From positions 1 to 37,532 of the IMG/VR virus record IMGVR_UViG_3300037961_005913: a DNA stretch of 37,532 nt. The stretch is one strand, 5' to 3'. The translations under genes and the position numbers were made by a program. Below are positions 28,040-35,720 of the stretch, in pieces. Within the stretch, counting starts at the first letter, position 1; each line of letters opens with the position of its first letter. The stretch comes from a virus. Its lineage: Duplodnaviria > Caudoviricetes. Under the pieces are notes generated by a model. It saw only the letters and a list, made by a program, of their open reading frames with translations. It was not told where the DNA came from and did no database searches.

Positions 28040-28312
28040 ATGCCATTAAGAGTAAATACTATTGCTGCACCAACTGGCATTAACACTGTCAGTTTTCCTA
28101 CTGGAGTAGAGGCAAGTAATGGTGGATTTAATCCAACAGGAGATATTGTAGTAAATGCAATCGGAGTTGTAACATGCACTTCGTTTGATTCTAACTTAAA
28201 TATTTCTGGAGTCATCACCGCGACAAGTTTCAAGGGAGATGGTTCTGGACTCGATATTCCTGGACTTATTACCGTTGGGAAAGGATTTTCCCTTATTACA
28301 TTCTTATCTTAA
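28040..28312 (+). CDS. Short fibre subunit, paralog 1
   Basis: AGGAG RBS; NISGVITATSFKGDGSGL motif. Confidence 0.75.
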   Translation: MPLRVNTIAAPTGINTVSFPTGVEASNGGFNPTGDIVVNAIGVVTCTSFDSNLNISGVITATSFKGDGSGLDIPGLITVGKGFSLITFLS

Positions 28313-28321
28313 AGGAAAATC

Positions 28322-28612
28322 ATGGCATCAAAAATATTTGTAGATCAGATTATTGGAAGAGATGCTGACGGTAACAGTCAAGCAGCGGTAATCGGAAGTG
28401 GAGTCTCTGTAACAGACGTTACCCTTACCGGAACGACTAATTTGAATGCTACTGGTATCGTTACTGCTACCGAAGTCAACACATTGGATGGTGTAGGTAT
28501 TAACATCACTGGTATTGTTACTGCCGCAAACTTCTTTGGTGCTGCGACAGGACTTACGGGACTTCCATCCTCAAGCATTTCTAAAGTCATTGCATACACC
28601 TACATTCAGTAA
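28322..28612 (+). CDS. Short fibre subunit, paralog 2
   Basis: AAGGA RBS; NITGIVTAANFFGAATGLTGL motif. Confidence 0.75.
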   Translation: MASKIFVDQIIGRDADGNSQAAVIGSGVSVTDVTLTGTTNLNATGIVTATEVNTLDGVGINITGIVTAANFFGAATGLTGLPSSSISKVIAYTYIQ

Positions 28613-28617
28613 TTAAA

Positions 28618-28920
28618 ATGTCACAGTTATTTGTAGATCACATTACTAATACAACTGGAGATGCTCCAGTTGATTTCCCAAATGGCGTGAACATTAGTTC
28701 ACGTTTAGAAATTACTCAGGGTTTGAATATTACTGGTGTCATTACTTGTAGTGCAATTGACATTTCTACCGATAATATTAACATCACTGGTGTTGCTACT
28801 GCAACCTCATTTAGTGGTGACGGTTCTGGCATTACTAACTTAGATCAAGTCACTGCTACCATTGGAGAAATTTTCGCAATGAGATATCTTTTCTCCTATC
28901 AAGAGTGTTTTAGCTCTTAA
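28618..28920 (+). CDS. Short fibre subunit, paralog 3
   Basis: NITGVATATSFSGDGSGITNL motif. Confidence 0.75.
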   Translation: MSQLFVDHITNTTGDAPVDFPNGVNISSRLEITQGLNITGVITCSAIDISTDNINITGVATATSFSGDGSGITNLDQVTATIGEIFAMRYLFSYQECFSS

Positions 28921-28930
28921 ATACACTCAT

Positions 28931-28938
28931 TATAAATA
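28931..28938 (+). promoter_or_regulatory. T4-type late promoter
   Basis: Exact TATAAATA, intergenic. Confidence 0.82.
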
Positions 28939-28972
28939 AATAAACAAACGCAAACGTTATTAACATAAAACT

Positions 28973-29353
28973 ATGGCGCAACCCAATATTGTCGGTGTTG
29001 GTACTATTCTTGGAATCACAACTGCCGTTATCCCTTCTGCACTGGGAGAAACTGTGATCCTGAGCAACGCAGCAAACAGTGGCTGCGTTATGAAGGTTAA
29101 TACCATCATTGCTGCGAACAACGCAACGAACTCTAACAACTGTCAGCTCAGTGTTACTTATCACACTGGTGCCGCTGGTGCAGGTAGCACTTTCTCGATT
29201 GCGAGAAACGTTGGATTGAACTCCACATCTACCCTGATTATTACAGATAAGGCGTCATCGTTCTACTTAGAAGAGAATCAATCCCTTTCGGTTGAAACCA
29301 CTCTTGCTAATAACATTTCTTTCCTTGTCTCGTACGATCAAATCTTCGCTTGA
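28973..29353 (+). CDS. Small virion/fibre-tip beta-sandwich-like protein
   Basis: MAQPNIVGV..KVNTIIAAN..FYLEEN..VSYDQI; late promoter upstream. Confidence 0.7.
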   Translation: MAQPNIVGVGTILGITTAVIPSALGETVILSNAANSGCVMKVNTIIAANNATNSNNCQLSVTYHTGAAGAGSTFSIARNVGLNSTSTLIITDKASSFYLEENQSLSVETTLANNISFLVSYDQIFA

Positions 29354-29385
29354 TTATATTAACTGTAATCTAAGGAGGTAAAGTT

Positions 29386-30234
29386 ATGTCTGGTGCATAC
29401 ATTGGTGATACTGGTGTAAAGGGAGTAAATAGACTCAATTCAAACAACAGAATCTCAGCACAATATACTGTTGGCGGTGCTTCTGCTGGTGCTGGTGTGA
29501 GTTTCTCTACTGTTGGTGGACAACAGATGGCGGCATTTTTCGCCTCTGACTTTATTACTTTCAACGGTATTGCTGTAAACCCTGATTCTTACGTCAATAA
29601 GAAAACTAGCAAATATGTTGCAACGGAGACTGGAGGTGCGCCACCAACTTCGTTCAACTGGTTAATTGTTGCTGGTGGTTCTCACGGTGGCGGTGGAATG
29701 GGTGAAGGAACCCAAACAGGACTTAATTTAGAAGGACAGAAATTAACAGTTACTGTTGCTTCTAGTGGAAGAAATAACAGCAGTATTTCATCCCCTGCTC
29801 TTCCATCTACTATCGAGAGAACTGGTGGTGGTGGTGCTGGTGGACAGGGACAACCTGGCGGTTCTGGAGGCGGCGCTGGTAGGGACGGTCCTCACACTGG
29901 TGGTTCTGGAAACGCTGGAGGTTATTCGCCACCAGAGGGCAATAACGGCGGTCCTGGATGCGGTCCACCATTCGGTGGTGGAGGCGGCGGCGGTGGTGCC
30001 GGTGGTTCTGGACAAGGTGCCCGTGGTTGCGGACCTAATAATGAAAGAGGTGGTGGTGGCGGACCTGGACGCTCCAGTAACTTTGTAGGAGAAGAAAGGT
30101 TCTATTCCAGAGGAGGAACTCAAGGCACCTGTAACGGACCTTGTGCTGGACCTGGTGGACCTTCACCGTTTGGACTTCAGAACACTGGAGACTCTGGACG
30201 TTCTGGTGTCATTTACATTAAATATAGTACATGA
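29386..30234 (+). CDS. Glycine-rich putative adhesin/receptor-binding protein
   Basis: AAGGAGG RBS; WLIVAGG..GGSGGGAG..PPEGNNGG..GGGGGGAGG..SGVIYIKY polyglycine domain. Confidence 0.75.
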   Translation: MSGAYIGDTGVKGVNRLNSNNRISAQYTVGGASAGAGVSFSTVGGQQMAAFFASDFITFNGIAVNPDSYVNKKTSKYVATETGGAPPTSFNWLIVAGGSHGGGGMGEGTQTGLNLEGQKLTVTVASSGRNNSSISSPALPSTIERTGGGGAGGQGQPGGSGGGAGRDGPHTGGSGNAGGYSPPEGNNGGPGCGPPFGGGGGGGGAGGSGQGARGCGPNNERGGGGGPGRSSNFVGEERFYSRGGTQGTCNGPCAGPGGPSPFGLQNTGDSGRSGVIYIKYST

Positions 30235-30235
30235 T

Positions 30236-30730
30236 ATGGCAAATTTCGCAAAAGTAAACTCATCAACCAATATTGTTGAAAATGTGGTAACGATTCCTAA
30301 TGCCGTTACCATTGATGCTGAAGGCAATGAATCTGAACAGAGAGGCATTGATTATGCCATCCAACTGTTTGGTGAAGAAGAAGGGAAGATTTGGGTTCAA
30401 ACATCCGAAACTGGAAGTCAACGAAAGCGTTTTGCTAGAGTTGGTTTTATCTGGGATGCAGGAAGAAATGCGTTTCTTTTCCCCCAACCACATTCTTCGT
30501 GGACATTGAATGAAACTTCTTTAGAATGGGAACCTCCCATTGCATATCCTGATTTTACTGATGATGTTGAATCCATGATTCAATATCTTATTGATGATAG
30601 ACTGCCGACAATCTCTACATACAAAGCAGAAATTGTTCTTGATGAGATTGGACTTAGCATTAACTATGATGCAGATCCTAAAGTCTGGGTATATCCTGAA
30701 GGATTCGATTCTGAATATCTAAACTCCTAA
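30236..30730 (+). CDS. Fibre-associated protein (true start probably ATG at 30236)
   Basis: MANFAKV..WVQTS..RKRFA.VG..WD..AF..PQPHSSWTLNE..WEPPI.YP, a family usually found after glycine-rich fibre genes. Confidence 0.72.
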   Translation: MANFAKVNSSTNIVENVVTIPNAVTIDAEGNESEQRGIDYAIQLFGEEEGKIWVQTSETGSQRKRFARVGFIWDAGRNAFLFPQPHSSWTLNETSLEWEPPIAYPDFTDDVESMIQYLIDDRLPTISTYKAEIVLDEIGLSINYDADPKVWVYPEGFDSEYLNS

Positions 30731-30742
30731 ACAAAATATAAA

Positions 30743-30767
30743 AATCCTCACTTCGGTGGGGTTTTTT
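30743..30767 (+). terminator. Rho-independent terminator
   Basis: AATCCTCAC-TTCG-GTGGGGTT with a C(UUCG)G tetraloop, ending in a T-tract; closes the late module. Confidence 0.9.
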
Positions 30768-30773
30768 AATGCC

Positions 30774-30802
30774 TTGACATAATATCAGTATCCATATAGA
30801 AT
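30774..30802 (+). promoter_or_regulatory. Sigma70-type promoter
   Basis: TTGACA, 17 nt, TAGAAT. Confidence 0.82.
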
Positions 30803-30829
30803 ACCTTTGTTGAGGTTAAAGAGACTGTT

Positions 30830-31039
30830 TTGAAAGCTTTTAGAACTAAGAAACAATTTGTGAATTTCTTTCCAAAGTCAAAAGAAGCAAGGTATGTATT
30901 TTCCAATATCATGGATTCTCTACATGCCATGGAGGTAAAAGAATTTTCTGAGAATGAATTGCTTCTGATGTCTATCAATCAAAAGTATCGTGTTCGTGTT
31001 CCTATTGAAGGAAACAAACATTGGAGGATTACTGAATGA
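30830..31039 (+). CDS. Hypothetical protein (TTG start)
   Basis: 69 aa after the promoter; ATGA overlap with the next gene. Confidence 0.65.
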   Translation: MKAFRTKKQFVNFFPKSKEARYVFSNIMDSLHAMEVKEFSENELLLMSINQKYRVRVPIEGNKHWRITE

Positions 31040-31557
31040 GACAGGAATGGAATGGATTAGAATTTTATCAAGCATTTGATGTATTTGAACCATCACTCAA
31101 AGATGAATTGATTGCAGATCTTGATGATGAGATAGAGGAAAATCTAGGTCCTGTTCCACTGTATCAAACAAAGCATGACTTTCATACACATGAGAGAGCA
31201 CAACATCCAAGGTGGCAACATGTTTATGGTACAGTGCAAAATCTGGTAGAAGAATTCTATGGTAAGAAAGTAGAGTTGCAAAAGTCGTGGGCAAATAAGA
31301 TTACTCCTGACTCATACTATTTTTTACATACACATTCATTTGATATTGCTGTTACATATTATTTGCAGACACATAAGTCTACCTATGGAACATATTTTAA
31401 TTATGATGGTAAAGAAATTATTTTCTTAGGACATGAAAATAGTGTGATGGCGTTTGATGGTAAAATACCACATGAAATCGTGTATCCTCCCAGTAATGTA
31501 CTTAAATACAAACCTAGATACTCTGTAGCATTTGATTACAACTATGTTAACACTTGA
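31036..31557 (+). CDS. Putative 2OG-Fe(II) oxygenase (TIGR02466-like)
   Basis: SWAN..LHTH..IAVTYY..AFDGKIPHE..RYSVAF. Confidence 0.72.
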   Translation: MRQEWNGLEFYQAFDVFEPSLKDELIADLDDEIEENLGPVPLYQTKHDFHTHERAQHPRWQHVYGTVQNLVEEFYGKKVELQKSWANKITPDSYYFLHTHSFDIAVTYYLQTHKSTYGTYFNYDGKEIIFLGHENSVMAFDGKIPHEIVYPPSNVLKYKPRYSVAFDYNYVNT

Positions 31558-31774
31558 TGAGGTTCTTGATGACTGTGATGTCAAAGTAATTGGAATTAAT
31601 TATCCAGATGAAAAGGCAGAACAAATTTTCAATGACTTGGGACTTTATCCCAACTCAAATATTTTTGTCGTTAATAATCGTTGGTGGAAACGCCGTATGT
31701 TGTTGACGTTAAATGGAGAGTTTGATGTTAGTCTTCCTAAAAAACTTTGCAAATCAATTTACGTTGCTCTATGA
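31544..31774 (+). CDS. FeoA-like SH3-fold protein
   Basis: 76 aa; MLTLDE..VKVIGI..FNDLGLYPNSNIFVV..LLTLNG..VSL.KKLCKSIYV follows the FeoA length and pattern. Confidence 0.6.
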   Translation: MLTLDEVLDDCDVKVIGINYPDEKAEQIFNDLGLYPNSNIFVVNNRWWKRRMLLTLNGEFDVSLPKKLCKSIYVAL

Positions 31775-32016
31775 TTCGTTCTTCAATTTTAGAACCCGAA
31801 TATAATGTTCGATTTCCATTTCAGTCATTTCCGTGGAGACTAGAGGTAAACAAAGATTGTCATAATGTAAAAGGTATTGCACTTACCGTGTGCCACTTTG
31901 AATGTGAGGAACATCTACAAAAATATCTTGATAGGTATAAACTAAAACCGAAAGATATTCTCGTTGAGAATAAATATGGTATGAAGTTAAAACCAAAAAA
32001 GAAATCTAAAAAGTAA
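31771..32016 (+). CDS. Hypothetical protein (cyanophage-type)
   Basis: ATG at 31771 overlapping the previous stop; FPWRLE..CHFECEEHLQKYLDRYKL. Confidence 0.72.
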   Translation: MIRSSILEPEYNVRFPFQSFPWRLEVNKDCHNVKGIALTVCHFECEEHLQKYLDRYKLKPKDILVENKYGMKLKPKKKSKK

Positions 32017-33677
32017 TGGCACAAACTACACCAAGAGAAGCACTAACGTGTCTTGCTTTCAGTTATTTTGCTGAAGAGAGAAGTAATGCTGACTTGCAAG
32101 ACTTTAGTGATGTGGTGTATGATTTCTACTTCAATGATAAGAAGCAAGCAGTAAAACAATATAAATCAAACTTACCTAGTAACTTTAACTTTGATAGGAT
32201 AAAAGATTTCTATACGACTAAAGATGATGCACTGAAAAAGGATGGTAAGTATCAGGTTGGACAATATAAAAAAGATTATCCAAATGGCACATTAAAGCAG
32301 AATGAAGCGGGGCAACCTAATAAACTAGATGGTGAAATTAAATCTGCATATCTTTCAGCAGAAAAGTTAGCAAACTCTACAATCATGGGAAATATGTCTC
32401 AGTACATATTTTTCGATCAGAGTACAGAGTTTATGAAAGTTGTGAAGGATGATTCACTTGAAAAAACATTGAAAGCATTAGACTTGCCAGAAAATGTAGG
32501 TTCTGATATATTATCATCAGTAGATGTTATTGCAGTAAAGAGAAGCAAAGTCAGAGAGATTCAAAAAGACTTTGAAGATAACATCATCAATGTAGATACC
32601 CTAGATGTTCTAAACAATCTTGCATGGGGTAAGACTGGTAAGAATACTTTTAGAACATTAACTAATAAGTATTTTGATTCTAAAGATATGGTTGAGATTT
32701 CGTTAAAGAAAACGAGTCCAACCAAAGCAGATGTATCAATCATTGGCACAATCTCTGGTGCTAGTGGTGATTTAATCGTCAATCTAGATCCTTATACTGA
32801 GTTCCTATCAAGAGCAGCAGCATGTAATAATCAACGAGAATTATATGATTTGATTTCTGATTTAGTAGAGATTGAAGATATTGATGATAGTAAGATTGCA
32901 GATGGTAGAACTTACTTCAGTATAATTTACACCTTGAACTATAAAAAGGTGAATATCACTGATAAGATGGCAAAGTTTGATTTGCAGATTGGAAGAACAG
33001 GATTCAATGCAAAACCATATGGTAAAGGTGCATTTGTAGGTGGAGCATCTTATGCAATTACTACACCTATCATGAAGAAGTATTCAAAGTATAATACTCT
33101 TCTAAGTGAGATGATTGGTATTAGAACCAAAGCATTTAATGCTGCTGTAAAACAATCACGAGTGCCATCACGTTTGAGGGTAGAATATAACAATGCACTG
33201 AGAGAAGTCAGGAAGAGAGACTTAGTATTGTACGACGATTCAGCAAATAAAATTATCAAAACTTTCTGTATGATGTATGATAATGCAATAGGTGGCAATG
33301 AAGATTCATTCCAACGCTACAGAATAAATGTCTCTAAGTTATGCAAGAACAAAACATTATCAAGTCCTGATGGTAATCTTGCACGATTAGATAAAGAATC
33401 TATGTTGAAGAATAAGAAAGAGATTCTTCAGAATGATTATGTTCATGCTCAAGGATTGTGGATTTATACTAGAAAGAATAGGGACATACAAAACTTCTTT
33501 AAGAAACAAATTACATTGTCAATCTATGGACTAATGGCAAAGAAAGGTGCTAAAGTATTTCTTTCTAGTAGACAAAGTGCAATGATTGAAGATGCCTTTG
33601 TAAAAGAATTTAAGTCTAAGAATGGTAGAACAAAACTAGCAAAGTTCGCCACTGCACCCTATGTGCTAATTGATTAA
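32016..33677 (+). CDS. Hypothetical protein, possible PD-(D/E)xK-type nuclease
   Basis: 553 aa basic protein; TTPRE..SVDVIAVK..EISLKK motif; AATAAATA at 31969-31976 upstream. Confidence 0.45.
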   Translation: MAQTTPREALTCLAFSYFAEERSNADLQDFSDVVYDFYFNDKKQAVKQYKSNLPSNFNFDRIKDFYTTKDDALKKDGKYQVGQYKKDYPNGTLKQNEAGQPNKLDGEIKSAYLSAEKLANSTIMGNMSQYIFFDQSTEFMKVVKDDSLEKTLKALDLPENVGSDILSSVDVIAVKRSKVREIQKDFEDNIINVDTLDVLNNLAWGKTGKNTFRTLTNKYFDSKDMVEISLKKTSPTKADVSIIGTISGASGDLIVNLDPYTEFLSRAAACNNQRELYDLISDLVEIEDIDDSKIADGRTYFSIIYTLNYKKVNITDKMAKFDLQIGRTGFNAKPYGKGAFVGGASYAITTPIMKKYSKYNTLLSEMIGIRTKAFNAAVKQSRVPSRLRVEYNNALREVRKRDLVLYDDSANKIIKTFCMMYDNAIGGNEDSFQRYRINVSKLCKNKTLSSPDGNLARLDKESMLKNKKEILQNDYVHAQGLWIYTRKNRDIQNFFKKQITLSIYGLMAKKGAKVFLSSRQSAMIEDAFVKEFKSKNGRTKLAKFATAPYVLID

Positions 33678-33721
33678 CTGGCACACGCTCTACCTGACAG
33701 TGCTCAAGTTACCCTTATTAT
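33663..33721 (+). promoter_or_regulatory. Early-type promoter with upstream palindrome
   Basis: GTGCTA-N10-TGGCAC, then CTGACA and a TATTAT -10 box at 33716. Confidence 0.6.
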
Positions 33722-33733
33722 GTCTACATCGTT

Positions 33734-34933
33734 ATGAATCAGATGCTTACTCTTCGTCCACATCAGCAGCGTGTCTTGGACAGGATGCTTGCGTATGACA
33801 AGGGACAGATTCTGGTTCCTACTGGTGGTGGCAAGACTCTCACCATGATTGTTGATACTCAGCGTCGTCACGATGCTATCAACAATGGCACGACGACAGT
33901 TGTTGTTGCTCCTCGCATTTTGTTGGCAGAACAACTGTGCTCTGAGTTCTTGGAAGTTATTGATACTGCCAACACTCACATTATGCATGTTCATAGTGGT
34001 GAGACTCATCACTTTAGCAGCACCAAAGCAGACAAGATTCACATGTTTGCTACCACTGCACGGACTGCTGGTGAGAATGTTATTATCTTCACCTCTTACA
34101 ACTCTCTTCAACGTATTGTTGATGCTGATATTGAGGTGAATACTATTTACTTTGACGAGGCACATAACAGCGTAAAGAAGAACTTCTTCCCTGCTACTGA
34201 GTTCTTCTCAGAGAACGCAGAACGTTGCTATTTCTATACTGCAACCCCGAAACATTCTCTTACTGTCAAGAAACCAGGCATGAACTGGGGACATGTTTAT
34301 GGACAAGTTCTTGTAAATGTTCCTGCTCCTGAATTGGTTGAAGGTGGTTACATTCTCCCTCCCAAGGTTGTTGTCAAGCAACTGCCTATGATTAAGGGAC
34401 GCAAGGTAATGTATGCTGACGATTGTGACAACCTGATTGAGACTATCGATGACAACAATATCGATAAGACTCTTATTTGCGCTCGCACTACAAAGCAAAT
34501 TATCAATCTTCTGACTCACTCCGATTTCTGTGCTGAGTTGTATGAGCGTGGTTATTCTTGGATGACGATTACATCTAAGACTGGTGCAATCATTGATGGT
34601 AAGAAAGTTGATAGGGAGACATTCTTTGAGACTTTGAATACCTGGGGCAAGGATTCTAGCAAGAAATTTGTTGTTATCCACCACTCTATTCTGTCTGAAG
34701 GTATCAATGTTAGCGGACTTGAGGCAGTTATCTTCATGCGGAACATGGATTATATTGGTATCAGTCAATCTATTGGACGTGTGATTCGATTGGGTAGCAC
34801 TGAAAAAACATTTGGTTTGGTTTGTGTACCTACCTATGATTCAGTTGGTATTAGCACTGCTCGCAAAGTGCAGGCAGTTGTTGATACTGTATTCAATGAA
34901 GGATTGCCTGCTATTTCTGAGATTCGCCGCTGA
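33734..34933 (+). CDS. SF2 DEAD/DEAH-box helicase (type III restriction Res-like)
   Basis: LRPHQ, PTGGGKT, FDEAH, TATP, LSEGIN and QSIGRVIR motifs. Confidence 0.92.
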   Translation: MNQMLTLRPHQQRVLDRMLAYDKGQILVPTGGGKTLTMIVDTQRRHDAINNGTTTVVVAPRILLAEQLCSEFLEVIDTANTHIMHVHSGETHHFSSTKADKIHMFATTARTAGENVIIFTSYNSLQRIVDADIEVNTIYFDEAHNSVKKNFFPATEFFSENAERCYFYTATPKHSLTVKKPGMNWGHVYGQVLVNVPAPELVEGGYILPPKVVVKQLPMIKGRKVMYADDCDNLIETIDDNNIDKTLICARTTKQIINLLTHSDFCAELYERGYSWMTITSKTGAIIDGKKVDRETFFETLNTWGKDSSKKFVVIHHSILSEGINVSGLEAVIFMRNMDYIGISQSIGRVIRLGSTEKTFGLVCVPTYDSVGISTARKVQAVVDTVFNEGLPAISEIRR

Positions 34934-34937
34934 TTGT

Positions 34938-34995
34938 GTGCCAATCGAAGAAGTGTCACAAGGGGACTGGTGTCCCCTCTTTTTTCGTGTATATT
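34938..34995 (+). promoter_or_regulatory. Early-type promoter with upstream palindrome
   Basis: GTGCCA-N10-TGTCAC, then a TATATT -10 box at 34990. Confidence 0.62.
34961..34985 (+). terminator. Rho-independent terminator after the helicase gene
   Basis: AGGGGAC-TGGT-GTCCCCT followed by CTTTTTT. Confidence 0.75.
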
Positions 34996-35017
34996 AACAG
35001 TGTCAAACAAATCACCC

Positions 35018-35662
35018 ATGACTCTCAATCAAATCATCTCTGACAACTTTGAAGAGATTCTCAACAAAGTCAACGATGAGATTCTTGATTTCCGACTCCT
35101 GAAGTTCTGGAAGAAAATCAATCCTGAACTTAACATTGTTCAACTGCGTGATTCGTATTGGACTGATGTTAAGTCCCGTGCTGAGTTTTCCGTTGATTTG
35201 GGTGTTGAGTTCGGCAAAATGTTTGAACTCTTCCTCCCATTTTATCTTCAGGATAAGGGTTATGATTGTTCCCCATCTTTTAACAGTGGTGGTGACATGA
35301 TTTTCCAGGGTAAACCCTACGAAATCAAGACTGGGCAGGGCAATGACATCCAAGGGGCAACACATTCCCCGAAGGAAGAGAAACCAATGAATCTTGTTCA
35401 GGTTCTCTGGGAGTTCGACAAGACTAAAAACTTGAATGAACTTCTTGAATCGAAAGCATTTATTGCTTCTCTCAATCTGTGTGTTCTTGATGACATCCGC
35501 ATCAACCGACATGGCACTCACAGTGGTAACAACTCACGCACCACTTTCAAGTTCCCTAAGGAGATGCACGATGTTATCGAGGATGCAATGATTTTCGGAC
35601 GTTGCACTAAGGGTAGCAAGAATGTTGTCTTCAAAAAGACTCCGATTGCTTATTGCATCTGA
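35018..35662 (+). CDS. Putative PD-(D/E)xK endonuclease (type II restriction enzyme-like)
   Basis: GKMFE..GGDMIFQGKPYEIKT fits E..D-x(8)-ExK; adjacent to a methyltransferase; start taken at ATG 35018, downstream of the promoter. Confidence 0.6.
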   Translation: MTLNQIISDNFEEILNKVNDEILDFRLLKFWKKINPELNIVQLRDSYWTDVKSRAEFSVDLGVEFGKMFELFLPFYLQDKGYDCSPSFNSGGDMIFQGKPYEIKTGQGNDIQGATHSPKEEKPMNLVQVLWEFDKTKNLNELLESKAFIASLNLCVLDDIRINRHGTHSGNNSRTTFKFPKEMHDVIEDAMIFGRCTKGSKNVVFKKTPIAYCI

Positions 35663-35674
35663 ATCTGTTATACT
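35646..35674 (+). promoter_or_regulatory. Sigma70-type promoter for the methyltransferase
   Basis: TTGCTT, 17 nt, TATACT with extended -10 TG. Confidence 0.65.
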
Positions 35675-35703
35675 ATGGGGGAGCAAGTCTCCTCCATTTT
35701 TTT
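35675..35703 (+). terminator. Rho-independent terminator after the endonuclease gene
   Basis: ATGGGGGAG-CAAGT-CTCCTCCAT followed by a T-tract. Confidence 0.65.
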
Positions 35704-35720
35704 GTGTCTAATTTTCTCAC

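Noticed and set aside
27788-28612. Three consecutive ORFs in the same frame, suggesting stop-codon readthrough or a broken fibre gene
   Set aside because: The first junction has a double stop (TAA TAG), the downstream ORFs have their own RBS, and the ORFs are paralogous units rather than fragments of one gene.
29800-30070. GGT/GGC repeats (also about 23840-24350) as a possible CRISPR or DNA repeat array
   Set aside because: They are polyglycine codons with no repeat-spacer structure.
16908-30730. Diversity-generating retroelement or invertible fibre cassette
   Set aside because: No reverse transcriptase, recombinase, near-identical template/variable repeat pair or inverted gene is visible in the window.
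33734-34933. Helicase as T4 UvsW or as the Res subunit of a type III R-M system
   Set aside because: At 399 aa it is shorter than either, has no fused nuclease domain, and the nearby methyltransferase is a small stand-alone type rather than a Mod subunit.
34934-35017. N-terminal extension of the nuclease ORF (similarly the track starts at 30143, 31532 and 31747)
   Set aside because: The extensions run through promoter/terminator sequence or upstream genes; downstream ATGs at 35018, 30236, 31544 and 31771 fit better.
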